Below, piece by piece: positions 37,035-47,103 of a DNA stretch of 47,103 nt. How positions within the stretch are numbered: position 1 is the stretch's first letter; every line of letters begins with the position of its first letter. A model generated the notes under the pieces. That model worked only from the letters and a program-made list of their open reading frames with translations. It searched no databases and had not been told where the DNA came from. This DNA is from Coleofasciculus chthonoplastes F2-STO-03. Lineage in GTDB: Bacteria > Cyanobacteriota > Cyanobacteriia > Cyanobacteriales > Coleofasciculaceae. The translations under genes and the position numbers were made by a program. The DNA lies in contig JAVJWO010000137.1 in the NCBI GenBank assembly GCA_040222015.1, forward strand, positions 1 through 47,103, written 5' to 3'.

Positions 37035-37904
37035 ATGTCCAAAAAGTCAAGCAACGAAAAAGTGACAGATAAAACAGATTCCCTAGTAAAAGACAAGGAA
37101 AAAGTCAAAGCAGACAAAAGCAAATCCAAGAAACTGAAGAAGAAAGTTTACAAACGGGAATTGCGTCGGCTACAGGTTGAGTTAGTCAAATTGCACGAAT
37201 GGATTAAACAAAAGGGATTAAAAGTCGTCGTCGTTTTTGAAGGGCGGGATGCAGCCGGGAAAGGCGGCGTGATCAAGCGGATTACGGAATGCTTGAATCC
37301 CCGTGTATGTAAAGTGGTGGCGCTGGGTACGCCCACAGAGCGAGAGAAAACCCAATGGTATTTTCAACGCTATGTGCCATATCTGCCAGCAGATGGAGAG
37401 ATGATCCTGTTTGACCGCAGTTGGTACAATCGAGCGGGTGTGGAACGAGTGATGGGGTTTTGCACGGATGAAGAGTATCAGGAGTTTCTGCGATCGTGTC
37501 CAGAATTTGAATGCATGATTCAGCGATCAGGAATTATTCTGATCAAGTATTGGTTTTCCGTGAGTGACGACGAGCAAGAACGCCGTTTTCGTCAACGAAT
37601 GGAAGATCCGACCAAGCGCTGGAAACTGAGTCCGATGGATTTAGAGTCTCGCGCTCGCTGGGTGGAGTATTCTAAAGCCAAGGATGAAATGTTTGCGGCG
37701 ACGGATATTAAGCAATCACCTTGGTATGTGGTAGAAGCCGATGAGAAAAAACGCGCCCGTCTCAATTGCATTTCTCACCTGTTAAGTCTGATTCCCTATA
37801 AAGATTTAACACCAGACTCAATTGAGTTACCCCCCCGACAGCCGGAATTGGAGTATCACCGTCCGCCTATGTCTACACAAACGTTTGTCCCAGAGATTTT
37901 CTGA
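37035..37904 (+). CDS. ppk2: Polyphosphate kinase 2
   Basis: FEGRDAAGKGG, FDRSWYNRAGVE, WKLSPMD. Confidence 0.95.
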   Translation: MSKKSSNEKVTDKTDSLVKDKEKVKADKSKSKKLKKKVYKRELRRLQVELVKLHEWIKQKGLKVVVVFEGRDAAGKGGVIKRITECLNPRVCKVVALGTPTEREKTQWYFQRYVPYLPADGEMILFDRSWYNRAGVERVMGFCTDEEYQEFLRSCPEFECMIQRSGIILIKYWFSVSDDEQERRFRQRMEDPTKRWKLSPMDLESRARWVEYSKAKDEMFAATDIKQSPWYVVEADEKKRARLNCISHLLSLIPYKDLTPDSIELPPRQPELEYHRPPMSTQTFVPEIF

Positions 37905-37916
37905 GGTTTCGGTGTA

Positions 37917-38105
37917 GTGTCGGGTGTCGGGTGTCGGGTGTCGGGTGTGGGGTGTCGGGTGTGGGGTGTCGGGTGTGGGGTGTGGGGTGTGGGGTGTGGG
38001 GTGTCGGGTGTCGGGTGTCGGGTGTCGGGTGTCGGGTGTCGGGTGTGGGGTGTCGGGTGTGGGGTGTCGGGTGTGGGGTGTCGGGTGTGGGGTGTGGGGT
38101 GTCGG
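37917..38105. repeat. STRR heptamer array (GTGTSGG)x27
   Basis: Continuous 7-bp period mixing GTGTCGG and GTGTGGG units. Confidence 0.95.
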
Positions 38106-38112
38106 GGGTGCA

Positions 38113-38165
38113 ACGAATAACGAATGATGAATGACAAATGACGAATGACAAATGACGAAGGACAA
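38113..38165. repeat. Degenerate STRR heptamer (NAATGAC)n
   Basis: gaataac gaatgat gaatgac aaatgac gaatgac aaatgac gaaggac. Confidence 0.85.
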
Positions 38166-38171
38166 AATCCA

Positions 38172-39576
<1,405 letters not shown>

Positions 39577-39578
39577 AC

Positions 39579-39640
39579 TTGTTCTTTGTCCTTTGTTCTT
39601 TGTCCTTTGTCCTTTGTCCTTTGTTGTTTGTTCTTTGTCT
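39579..39640. repeat. STRR heptamer (TTTGTYC)n
   Basis: tttgtcc/tttgttc tandem units after purA stop. Confidence 0.85.
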
Positions 39641-39724
39641 CCTGTTGTGACGAATGACAAGTGACACATGACAAATGACGATTGACGAATCAATAACACC
39701 AATACTTGAACCAAAAGATTAGCT

Positions 39725-40345
39725 ATGGAAGTTAAAGTTGAATGTCACAAGCGAGTCGAGGGAAGTAAGCCCAAAGCCTTACGTAGAGAGGGTTTGATTC
39801 CCGCAACACTCTATGGTCATCAGGGGGCTGAATCCGTCGCACTCACGGTTGAAGCTAAAGCTGCAGAAACCTTACTCAAGGAGGCTGATATTAACCATAC
39901 CGCTGTTCAGGTCAACATTCCTGACCTGTCTTGGAATGGAAGAGCACTGCTGCGAGAAGTACAAACTCATCCCTGGAAGCCGATCGTCTATCACCTCAGC
40001 TTTTTCTCTGTGGCAACTCAGGATACCATCCAGATATCCTTACCTGTCAATTTGGTGGGAACGGCTTTTGGCGTGAAGCAAGGCGGTATTTTAGAACATG
40101 TCATGACTGAACTTCAAGTCGAATGCGCTCCGGATAATATTCCAGAAACCATTGACGTTGATATCTCGAACTTGGATATAGGCGCCAGCGTGCATGTTAA
40201 TGAAATTATCTTGCCTACAGGCGCTACCGCGATGGATGATCCCCAACGACCGGTGCTTAATATCCTGGGTGCGCCCACTATGCCAGCTGAACCCTCTGAG
40301 GCGGAGGAAACAACATCGCTGTTATCTAACGCAGAAGAAATTTAA
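39725..40345 (+). CDS. rplY: 50S ribosomal protein L25 / Ctc
   Basis: ALRREGLIPATLYG, REVQTHP, GVKQGGIL, IPETIDVDIS. Confidence 0.93.
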   Translation: MEVKVECHKRVEGSKPKALRREGLIPATLYGHQGAESVALTVEAKAAETLLKEADINHTAVQVNIPDLSWNGRALLREVQTHPWKPIVYHLSFFSVATQDTIQISLPVNLVGTAFGVKQGGILEHVMTELQVECAPDNIPETIDVDISNLDIGASVHVNEIILPTGATAMDDPQRPVLNILGAPTMPAEPSEAEETTSLLSNAEEI

Positions 40346-40366
40346 CCTGAGGGCAATTGTTTTTCT

Positions 40367-40400
40367 AGCCAGGGAACATAAGATTATCCCTGGCTTTTTT
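40367..40400 (+). terminator. Rho-independent terminator after rplY
   Basis: AGCCAGGGA-loop-TCCCTGGCT followed by T run. Confidence 0.75.
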
Positions 40401-40453
40401 GTGATTAATCACTTGTCATTTATTATTTATTATTTGGAATTCAATTAAATACT

Positions 40454-41998
40454 ATGTCACAAAGCGCTATTTCGGATCTAATTAACCAAATGAAGCAACC
40501 GGAGTTTTATTCTCATCCGGTTCAAACTCCGATTGATTTGATTCAGACTCATGTGTCTTACGTGTTTCTGACAGGTGATTATGCCTATAAAGTTAAAAAA
40601 GCAGTTAACTTTGGCTTTTTAGATTTTTCCACGTTGGAGAAACGAGAGCATTTCTGTTGGCAAGAGTTACAGATGAATAAACCTCAAGCACCGGAGATTT
40701 ATCTGAACGTGTTGCCGATTAGTCAAAAGGGCGATCGCTTGATTCTAGGGGATGACTCTCAGCCTGTAGAGTACACCCTGAAAATGCGCCAATTCCCCCA
40801 GGATGCCTTGTTTAGCACGCGCTTCGAGCAAGGCAAATTGACGGCAACGGATATGGAGAACATGGGACGAGTCGTGGCTCAATTTCATGCTCAAAGCCAA
40901 ACCAATGACTACATCCGCAGCTTTGGTACACCTACCAAAATTCGTGAGGCGTTTGACGAAAATTATCAGCAAACGGAAAACTATATTGGTAGGGCGCAAA
41001 CCCAACAGCAATTTCAAGAAACGAAACAATTTAGCGATCGCTTTTTTGCCCAACGAGAGGCATTATTAGAACAGCGCCGGGAAAATAACCGGATTCGGGA
41101 ATGTCACGGGGATTTGCACCTGAGAAATATTTGCCTGTGGCAGGATAAGATTCAATTATTTGATCGGATTGAATTTAATGAACCGTTCCGCTTTGTGGAT
41201 GTAATGTATGATATCGCCTTTGTGGTGATGGATTTGGATGCGCGAGGTGCTAAGGATTTGGGGAATGTGTTTCTGAATACCTATTTGGAGCAAACCGGAG
41301 ATTGGCAAGGGTTAGGGGTATTGCCATTTTATCTAAGTCGCCAAGCCTACGTGCGGGCGAAAGTGACCTCATTTTTACTTGATGATCTGGCTGTTCCTGA
41401 ACAGACGAAGCAAGACGCCGCGAAAACAGCAGCCGATTATTATCGACTAGCTTGGGACTACACGAAAACGAATTCCGGACAAGTCGTGATTATGTCAGGC
41501 TTATCGGGTTCGGGAAAAAGCACAGTAGCGCGACAATTGGCGCAGCAGTTGGGAGCGATTCACCTGCGATCTGATGCAGTACGTAAACATTTAGGAGGTA
41601 TTCCGTTGGATCAAAAAGGAGCTGATGAACTTTATACCCCTGAGATGAACCAGAAAACTTACGATCGCCTGTTAGAATTGGGCATCATGTTAGCACAGCA
41701 AGGCTTCCCTGTGATTCTCGATGCAAAGTACGATCGACAGGCATTTCGAGGGGATGCGATCGCCAAAGCACAGGCACATCAGTTACCTTTACGAATTCTA
41801 CACTGCAGTGCCCCCATTGAAGTCCTACGCGATCGCCTCTCATCTCGCACTGAAGATGTATCTGATGCAACTACTGATTTACTCAGTCGCCAACAAGCCA
41901 CGGCTGAACCCTTCACCGAGGCGGAACAATCCCTAGTCACGACAGTGGACACAACTCAAAATTGGCAATCTCAATTAGAAAAAATGACCCGGAATTAA
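40454..41998 (+). CDS. Bifunctional aminoglycoside-phosphotransferase-like / AAA_33 P-loop kinase protein
   Basis: QTHVSYVFL, ECHGDLHLRNI, FDRIEFN; C-terminal GLSGSGKST and RSDAVRK. Confidence 0.88.
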   Translation: MSQSAISDLINQMKQPEFYSHPVQTPIDLIQTHVSYVFLTGDYAYKVKKAVNFGFLDFSTLEKREHFCWQELQMNKPQAPEIYLNVLPISQKGDRLILGDDSQPVEYTLKMRQFPQDALFSTRFEQGKLTATDMENMGRVVAQFHAQSQTNDYIRSFGTPTKIREAFDENYQQTENYIGRAQTQQQFQETKQFSDRFFAQREALLEQRRENNRIRECHGDLHLRNICLWQDKIQLFDRIEFNEPFRFVDVMYDIAFVVMDLDARGAKDLGNVFLNTYLEQTGDWQGLGVLPFYLSRQAYVRAKVTSFLLDDLAVPEQTKQDAAKTAADYYRLAWDYTKTNSGQVVIMSGLSGSGKSTVARQLAQQLGAIHLRSDAVRKHLGGIPLDQKGADELYTPEMNQKTYDRLLELGIMLAQQGFPVILDAKYDRQAFRGDAIAKAQAHQLPLRILHCSAPIEVLRDRLSSRTEDVSDATTDLLSRQQATAEPFTEAEQSLVTTVDTTQNWQSQLEKMTRN

Positions 41999-42102
41999 GG
42001 TTCAAGGAAGAGACAAGAACCACTCCAGACACAGAAATTCTTCTGTACCTGGAGTGGGTTCTATTTGTCCATAAAATCGGCAATCCCTGAAAATACGCCC
42101 GA

Positions 42103-42270
42103 TTAAGCGTGACATTCACAACCAGAATGCCCACAGCCAACTCCGTTGGGATGACCATTAGCGCAAGCGTCGCTACAGTAGTATTTGCCGTCTTTTTGCA
42201 CGGCTGAATCGGTACTCACCATGCACGCGCAGGAATCACAGGCACATTGCGTTTGAGTGGCAGTTGTCAT
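42103..42270 (-). CDS. smtA: Bacterial metallothionein SmtA/BmtA (55 aa; absent from ORF track)
   Basis: MTTATQTQCACDSCACMVSTDSAVQKDGKYYCSDACANGHPNGVGCGHSGCECHA; 9 Cys, 3 His; GGAGA RBS upstream. Confidence 0.95.
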   Translation of the reverse strand: MTTATQTQCACDSCACMVSTDSAVQKDGKYYCSDACANGHPNGVGCGHSGCECHA

Positions 42271-42297
42271 CTTTCTCTCCACGATAGAGTTTGACTC

Positions 42298-42360
42298 AAT
42301 ATCTGAACAAGTCTTCAGATATTTTTTTTAGCATAACACCTGAATGGTCATTCAGATATT
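42298..42360. promoter_or_regulatory. Two SmtB/ZiaR-type 12-2-12 operators upstream of smtA
   Basis: AATATCTGAACAAGTCTTCAGATATT (42298-42323) and AACACCTGAATGGTCATTCAGATATT (42335-42360), TGAA-N6-TTCA cores. Confidence 0.85.
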
Positions 42361-42371
42361 AAATTTCCCTT

Positions 42372-42433
42372 AATCTGTGTACTTCACGATTGAGTCTTCT
42401 TTTTAGTGTCATTCAATCGGTGTAATCTGTGTT
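42372..42433. repeat. Dispersed ~60-bp repeat, other copy at 7307-7367
   Basis: Direct alignment by eye. Confidence 0.6.
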
Positions 42434-42543
42434 GCCCAAAATCCCCTAAGTCATCAAATCCCAACATAACGGCTGCGACGAATTTCCCTCAGACCATATA
42501 AAATAAACAGGATTCAAGAATAGTCACGCAATCACCGACACTT

Positions 42544-45500
42544 ATGCCTCGCCGCGACGATCTTCACAAAATCCTGATCTTGGGTTCTGGTCCCATTGTT
42601 ATCGGACAAGCCTGTGAGTTTGATTACTCTGGCACTCAGGCGTGTAAAGCCCTTCAGCAAGAAGGCTACGAAGTGATACTGGTTAACTCCAATCCAGCCA
42701 CAATCATGACCGACCCAGATACCGCAGACCGCACCTACATCGAACCCCTGACTCCGGAAATTGTGGAGAAGGTGATTGCCAAAGAACGACCAGACGCCCT
42801 ATTACCGACGATGGGGGGTCAAACAGCCCTGAATATTGCCGTTACTCTGGCAAAAAACGGCGTTCTCGACAAATACGGCGTCGATCTCATTGGTGCTAAA
42901 CTCGATGCCATCGAAATGGCAGAAGACCGCCAGCTTTTCAAAGAAGCGATGGGGCGTATTGGTATCGAAGTCTGTCCTTCAGGAATCGCCAGTAACTTGG
43001 ATGAAGCCAAAGCCCTTGCCCAACAAATTGGCAGCTACCCCCTAATTATTCGTCCCGCCTATACATTAGGCGGGACAGGAGGTGGTATCGCCTATAACCA
43101 GGAAGAATACGAAGAAATGGCACAAGCGGGGTTAGACGCATCCCCCGTCTCTCAAATCTTAGTGGAACAGTCGCTGCTGGGATGGAAAGAATATGAGTTA
43201 GAAGTGATGCGGGATCTCGCCGATAACGTAGTCATTATCTGTTCAATCGAAAACCTTGACCCCATGGGCGTCCACACCGGCGACTCGATTACCGTCGCCC
43301 CTGCCCAAACTCTCACCGATAAAGAATATCAGCGACTCCGAGACTTCTCGATTCAAATTATCCGCGAGATAGGCGTCGAAACCGGCGGCTCAAATATTCA
43401 ATTTGCCATCAATCCAGTTACCGGGGACGTGATTGTCATTGAAATGAACCCCCGTGTCTCCCGCAGTTCTGCCCTCGCCTCGAAAGCCACAGGGTTCCCG
43501 ATCGCTAAATTTGCGGCAAAGTTAGCCGTGGGGTACACCTTGGATGAAATTCCCAACGATATCACCCAGAAAACCCCCGCCTCCTTTGAACCCACTATCG
43601 ACTATGTGGTGACCAAAATTCCCCGCTTTACCTTTGAAAAATTCCCCAACGCCAAACCCGTACTCACCACCCAGATGAAGTCCGTGGGGGAAGCCATGGC
43701 AATTGGGCGCACGTTCCAAGAATCCTGCCAAAAAGCCCTGCGTTCCTTGGAAATTGGACGCTATGGGTGGGGATGCGATCGCGCCGAGAAACTTCCCTCC
43801 CTGGAACAAGTGCGTTCTGGCTTACGGACACCCAACCCAGACCGCATCTTTACCCTGCGTCACGCTTTACAATTAGGCATGACCGTCGAAGAAATTTATG
43901 AACTCACCAGTATTGACCCTTGGTTTCTCGATAAGTTTGCCGATTTACTCGAAACTGAAAAATTCCTCAAGCGCACTCCCTTAAAAAGCTTGACAAAAGA
44001 GAATCTTTGGGAGATAAAGCGTCAAGGCTATAGCGATCGCCAAATTGCCTTCGCCACCAAGACAACGGAAGATGAGGTGCGGAAGTACCGTAAGCAACTG
44101 GGGGTTGTCGCGGTTTATAAAGTCGTGGATACCTGCGCCGCCGAATTTGAGGCACTGACCCCTTATTACTATTCCACCTACGAAGAAGAAACCGAAGTTA
44201 TCCCCTCCGATAAGCGCAAGGTGATGATTCTGGGTGGTGGACCGAACCGGATTGGACAAGGGATTGAGTTTGATTACTGTTGCTGTCATGCCGCTTACGC
44301 CCTCGCCAAACAAGGGTTTGAGACAATTATGGTTAACTCCAACCCAGAAACCGTTTCCACGGACTACGACACCAGTGATCGTCTCTACTTTGAACCCCTG
44401 ACCAAAGAAGATGTCCTCAACATCATTGAAACCGAAAAGCCCGAAGGGATTATTATTCAGTTTGGTGGTCAAACCCCACTAAAACTGGCAGTTCCCCTCC
44501 AGGAATTTTTAAACAATCCCGAAATCCCCACCTCCGTTCCCACCAAAATCTGGGGGACTTCGCCCGACTCCATTGATATTGCCGAAGATCGGGAACGCTT
44601 TGAGAAAATCCTGCGCCAACTGGATATCAAACAGCCCCCCAATGGCATCGCCCGCAGTTATGAGGAGGCGTTAAACATCGCCAAGCGCATCGGTTACCCA
44701 GTGGTAGTGCGTCCCTCCTACGTCCTCGGTGGACGGGCAATGGAAATTGTCTATTCTGACCTAGAGTTGGAACGGTATATGACTTTTGCCGTCCAAGTTG
44801 AACCGGAACACCCGATTCTGATTGATAAGTTCTTGGAAAATGCGATTGAGGTGGATGTGGATGCGATCGCGGATCATACCGGTCGGGTGGTGATTGGTGG
44901 CATTATGGAGCATATTGAACAAGCCGGTATTCACTCCGGTGACTCGGCTTGTTCGGTTCCGTTTATTTCCCTGAGTCCCACGACAATGGAAACAATTCGC
45001 ACTTGGACGCATCAATTAGCCACAAGCCTAAAAGTCATCGGGTTGATGAATATCCAGTTTGCGGTTCAAGGGGAAACCGTTTATATCCTGGAAGCCAACC
45101 CGAGGGCGTCGCGTACCATTCCCTATGTCTCCAAAGCTACCGGTGTCCCTCTAGCGGCTTTGGCTTCCCGGATCATGGCAGGAGAAACCCTAGAAGCCCT
45201 CGGTTTAACCCGCGAACCGATACTCCAGCACATTGCGGTAAAAGAAGCCGTCTTGCCCTTTGATAAATTCCCTGGCACCGATGTCATCCTCGGACCAGAA
45301 ATGCGGTCTACTGGTGAAGTGATGGGGATTGATACGGACTTTGGTAAGGCATTTGCCAAGGCAGAATTAGCCGCCGGTCAGCGTTTACCCCTTTCGGGTA
45401 CTGTTTTTGTCTCCACCAATAACCGGGATAAAGCCAATGTTGTCCCGGTGGTTCAAGACTTAATGGACTTGGGCTTTAATGTCATTGCCACGGAAGGGAC

Positions 45501-45798
45501 ACGCCAAGCCCTTAAGGATCAAGGCTTGCAGGTTGATTTAATCCTGAAACTGCATCAAGGGCGTCCCCATGTCTTGGATGCGATTAAAAATAAGCAGATT
45601 CAGTTGATTATTAATACCCCAACCGGAGAAGATGCCCAAGCTGATGGTCGGTTAATTCGGCGCACCGCACTGGCTTACAAAATCCCAATCGTTACCACGA
45701 TTGCTGGTGCAAAGGCAACCGCCGGGGCAATTCGTTCCTTGAAATCTCAGCCTTTAGATGTGAAAGCGTTGCAAGACTACATTTACGAGACTCAGTAA
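42544..45798 (+). CDS. carB: Carbamoyl-phosphate synthase large subunit
   Basis: [32 protein letters not shown], two ATP-grasp domains, MGS domain. Confidence 0.98.
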   Translation: MPRRDDLHKILILGSGPIVIGQACEFDYSGTQACKALQQEGYEVILVNSNPATIMTDPDTADRTYIEPLTPEIVEKVIAKERPDALLPTMGGQTALNIAVTLAKNGVLDKYGVDLIGAKLDAIEMAEDRQLFKEAMGRIGIEVCPSGIASNLDEAKALAQQIGSYPLIIRPAYTLGGTGGGIAYNQEEYEEMAQAGLDASPVSQILVEQSLLGWKEYELEVMRDLADNVVIICSIENLDPMGVHTGDSITVAPAQTLTDKEYQRLRDFSIQIIREIGVETGGSNIQFAINPVTGDVIVIEMNPRVSRSSALASKATGFPIAKFAAKLAVGYTLDEIPNDITQKTPASFEPTIDYVVTKIPRFTFEKFPNAKPVLTTQMKSVGEAMAIGRTFQESCQKALRSLEIGRYGWGCDRAEKLPSLEQVRSGLRTPNPDRIFTLRHALQLGMTVEEIYELTSIDPWFLDKFADLLETEKFLKRTPLKSLTKENLWEIKRQGYSDRQIAFATKTTEDEVRKYRKQLGVVAVYKVVDTCAAEFEALTPYYYSTYEEETEVIPSDKRKVMILGGGPNRIGQGIEFDYCCCHAAYALAKQGFETIMVNSNPETVSTDYDTSDRLYFEPLTKEDVLNIIETEKPEGIIIQFGGQTPLKLAVPLQEFLNNPEIPTSVPTKIWGTSPDSIDIAEDRERFEKILRQLDIKQPPNGIARSYEEALNIAKRIGYPVVVRPSYVLGGRAMEIVYSDLELERYMTFAVQVEPEHPILIDKFLENAIEVDVDAIADHTGRVVIGGIMEHIEQAGIHSGDSACSVPFISLSPTTMETIRTWTHQLATSLKVIGLMNIQFAVQGETVYILEANPRASRTIPYVSKATGVPLAALASRIMAGETLEALGLTREPILQHIAVKEAVLPFDKFPGTDVILGPEMRSTGEVMGIDTDFGKAFAKAELAAGQRLPLSGTVFVSTNNRDKANVVPVVQDLMDLGFNVIATEGTRQALKDQGLQVDLILKLHQGRPHVLDAIKNKQIQLIINTPTGEDAQADGRLIRRTALAYKIPIVTTIAGAKATAGAIRSLKSQPLDVKALQDYIYETQ

Positions 45799-46320
45799 GC
45801 AGTGATCGGTATCAACAATATTCGGTGATCGATGAGCCGTGATCGAGAGTTGCTGATCACAAAATAACTGCCTAAAGTTCAATCCGGGTTTGACTGCCAT
45901 TGCTTAAATGCCAGCAAATCTAATGGACTTTAGGCGAAAACAGGGATTGGGTTCAGGAAGAATGTATTTGTATATACTTAAAAAAAAAGAATCTCCTGAT
46001 AAATTCTTAAACAAATACGAATTGACCTGAGTTAAGATTACACTGGGAGAAAAATAGACGTAAAATTGGGGTAAGTTGGGTTGTAGAGAGTCAGTGATGG
46101 GTAAACTCGCGTTGTCTGAACCGACAGCATCGGTATCCTGTACTGCCATTTCCGGATAGTGATATCAACTCGGTGTGGAAAATATGACCTCGACAACAAA
46201 CAGCAGGAGCAATCCTTAATCATAATCATTCCACCGTAGAATACAGTGTAAGTCATAAACTGCTGCCCCATCGGTCAAATCGCCCAACGTTTTTAATAGT
46301 TAAGCAAATTGTGAATCGCG

Positions 46321-46947
46321 ATGGCTGTATCGGTTTCTCATGCGGCAACATGTCCCAACAGCACTCAAATTCCGGTGTCTTTGAAATCTCCTCCCATAAC
46401 ACCTATTCCGGATACTCTGGTGATCACCTATCTCCAGATGACCGATCCGACCCAATTCCGTCCGGCGTATCTCAACTACCCGGATGGGATTAAAATGATG
46501 TGCATGGATACGCCGGATGTTGCCTTCTATCGTTTTTTGTATAGTACCGTAGGCAAACCCTGGCGTTGGCGCGATCGCTTATCCTACTCGGATGAAGAAC
46601 TCGAAGAGATTCTCACCGCTTCTGAAACCAGTATTCATGTTCTCTATGTCAATGGAGCGCCAGCGGGATATATTGAATTGGTCAAGCGTCGCGAGGGACC
46701 ATCGGGTCGTTTCTACTCGACAGAAATTGTCTATTTTGGTTTGCGCGAAAACTATCTAGGGCGGGGGTTAGGCAAGCATTTACTTAGCCATGGTATTGCT
46801 TACGCTTGGAACAAAGGGACGCAACGCCTCTGGATTCATACCAGCAATCTGGATAGTCCCTACGCCCTGGATAATTGCATTAAACGGGGCTTTAAAATCT
46901 ATCGGATTGAGAAAGAACCCATGCCAGAACTTTATCGGGAACCCTGA
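46321..46947 (+). CDS. GNAT family N-acetyltransferase
   Basis: FYRFLY..VG..W.W.DR, YFGL...YLGRGLGKHLL, RLWIHT..LD.P.AL. Confidence 0.85.
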   Translation: MAVSVSHAATCPNSTQIPVSLKSPPITPIPDTLVITYLQMTDPTQFRPAYLNYPDGIKMMCMDTPDVAFYRFLYSTVGKPWRWRDRLSYSDEELEEILTASETSIHVLYVNGAPAGYIELVKRREGPSGRFYSTEIVYFGLRENYLGRGLGKHLLSHGIAYAWNKGTQRLWIHTSNLDSPYALDNCIKRGFKIYRIEKEPMPELYREP

Positions 46948-46965
46948 GGGGAGATGGGGAGCAAT

Positions 46966-47103
46966 AAACTACCCAGACCTGCTAAGAGCTGAGGTCTGGG
47001 TTTTTAGTAGCCCTGAAGTCATTGAACAAGCTAAGACTTCGGCGTGAGCGCTCAGTCGAACGCTGAACATACTCGATAGTTCGGCTTAGCTTGCACGATA
47101 ACC
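46966..47103 (+). other. Hairpin plus downstream tract: terminator and/or degenerate 5' part of a HEARO/omega-RNA-like IS200/IS605 element, cut by window edge
   Basis: AACT-ACCCAGACCT-N11-AGGTCTGGGT-TTTT then AGCCCTGAAGTCATTGAACAAGCTAAGAC. Confidence 0.35.

Noticed and set aside
45802..45860. Repeated (G/C)TGATC(G/A) words after carB
   Set aside because: Short, irregularly spaced; no supportable structure
46038..46271. 77-aa and 81-aa minus-strand ORFs between carB and GNAT
   Set aside because: No recognisable motif or RBS; cannot support as genes

Overview
Chromosomal window from a filamentous cyanobacterium (dense HIP1 GCGATCGC octamers, STRR 7-9-mer tandem repeats, GTAG-type REP hairpins; Coleofasciculus/Microcoleus-like by inference). 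Housekeeping genes: RNase II, rimM, acyl-ACP synthetase, rbp, petC-petA, ureD/ureA, ppk2, purA, rplY, carB. Two accessory loci stand out. (1) At 23.9-34.5 kb, an apparently orphan halogenated-lipid/polyketide cluster: FAAL - ACP - CylC-type dimetal halogenase - single-module PKS (KS-AT-MT-ACP-TE, no KR) - lipocalin-like protein - class 3 lipase, with an NtcA-consensus site in the intergenic region it shares with ureD. (2) At 4.5-12.8 kb, a two-partner secretion locus built as [TpsA + Spy/CpxP]x2 + TpsB, where the two TpsA genes share a near-identical N-terminal region but end in unrelated ~90-aa tips, reminiscent of polymorphic effector/cognate partner pairs. Also found outside the ORF track: a 55-aa SmtA metallothionein with two SmtB-type operators, IS200/IS605 end remnants (possible orphan TnpB guide-RNA region), a possible HEARO/omega-RNA start at the right edge, an HLR1 site, rbp cold-leader boxes, and several small TIR/REP elements. 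A truncated GDSL/SGNH gene lies at 35.6-36.0 kb. All family assignments come from motif recognition; no searches were run.
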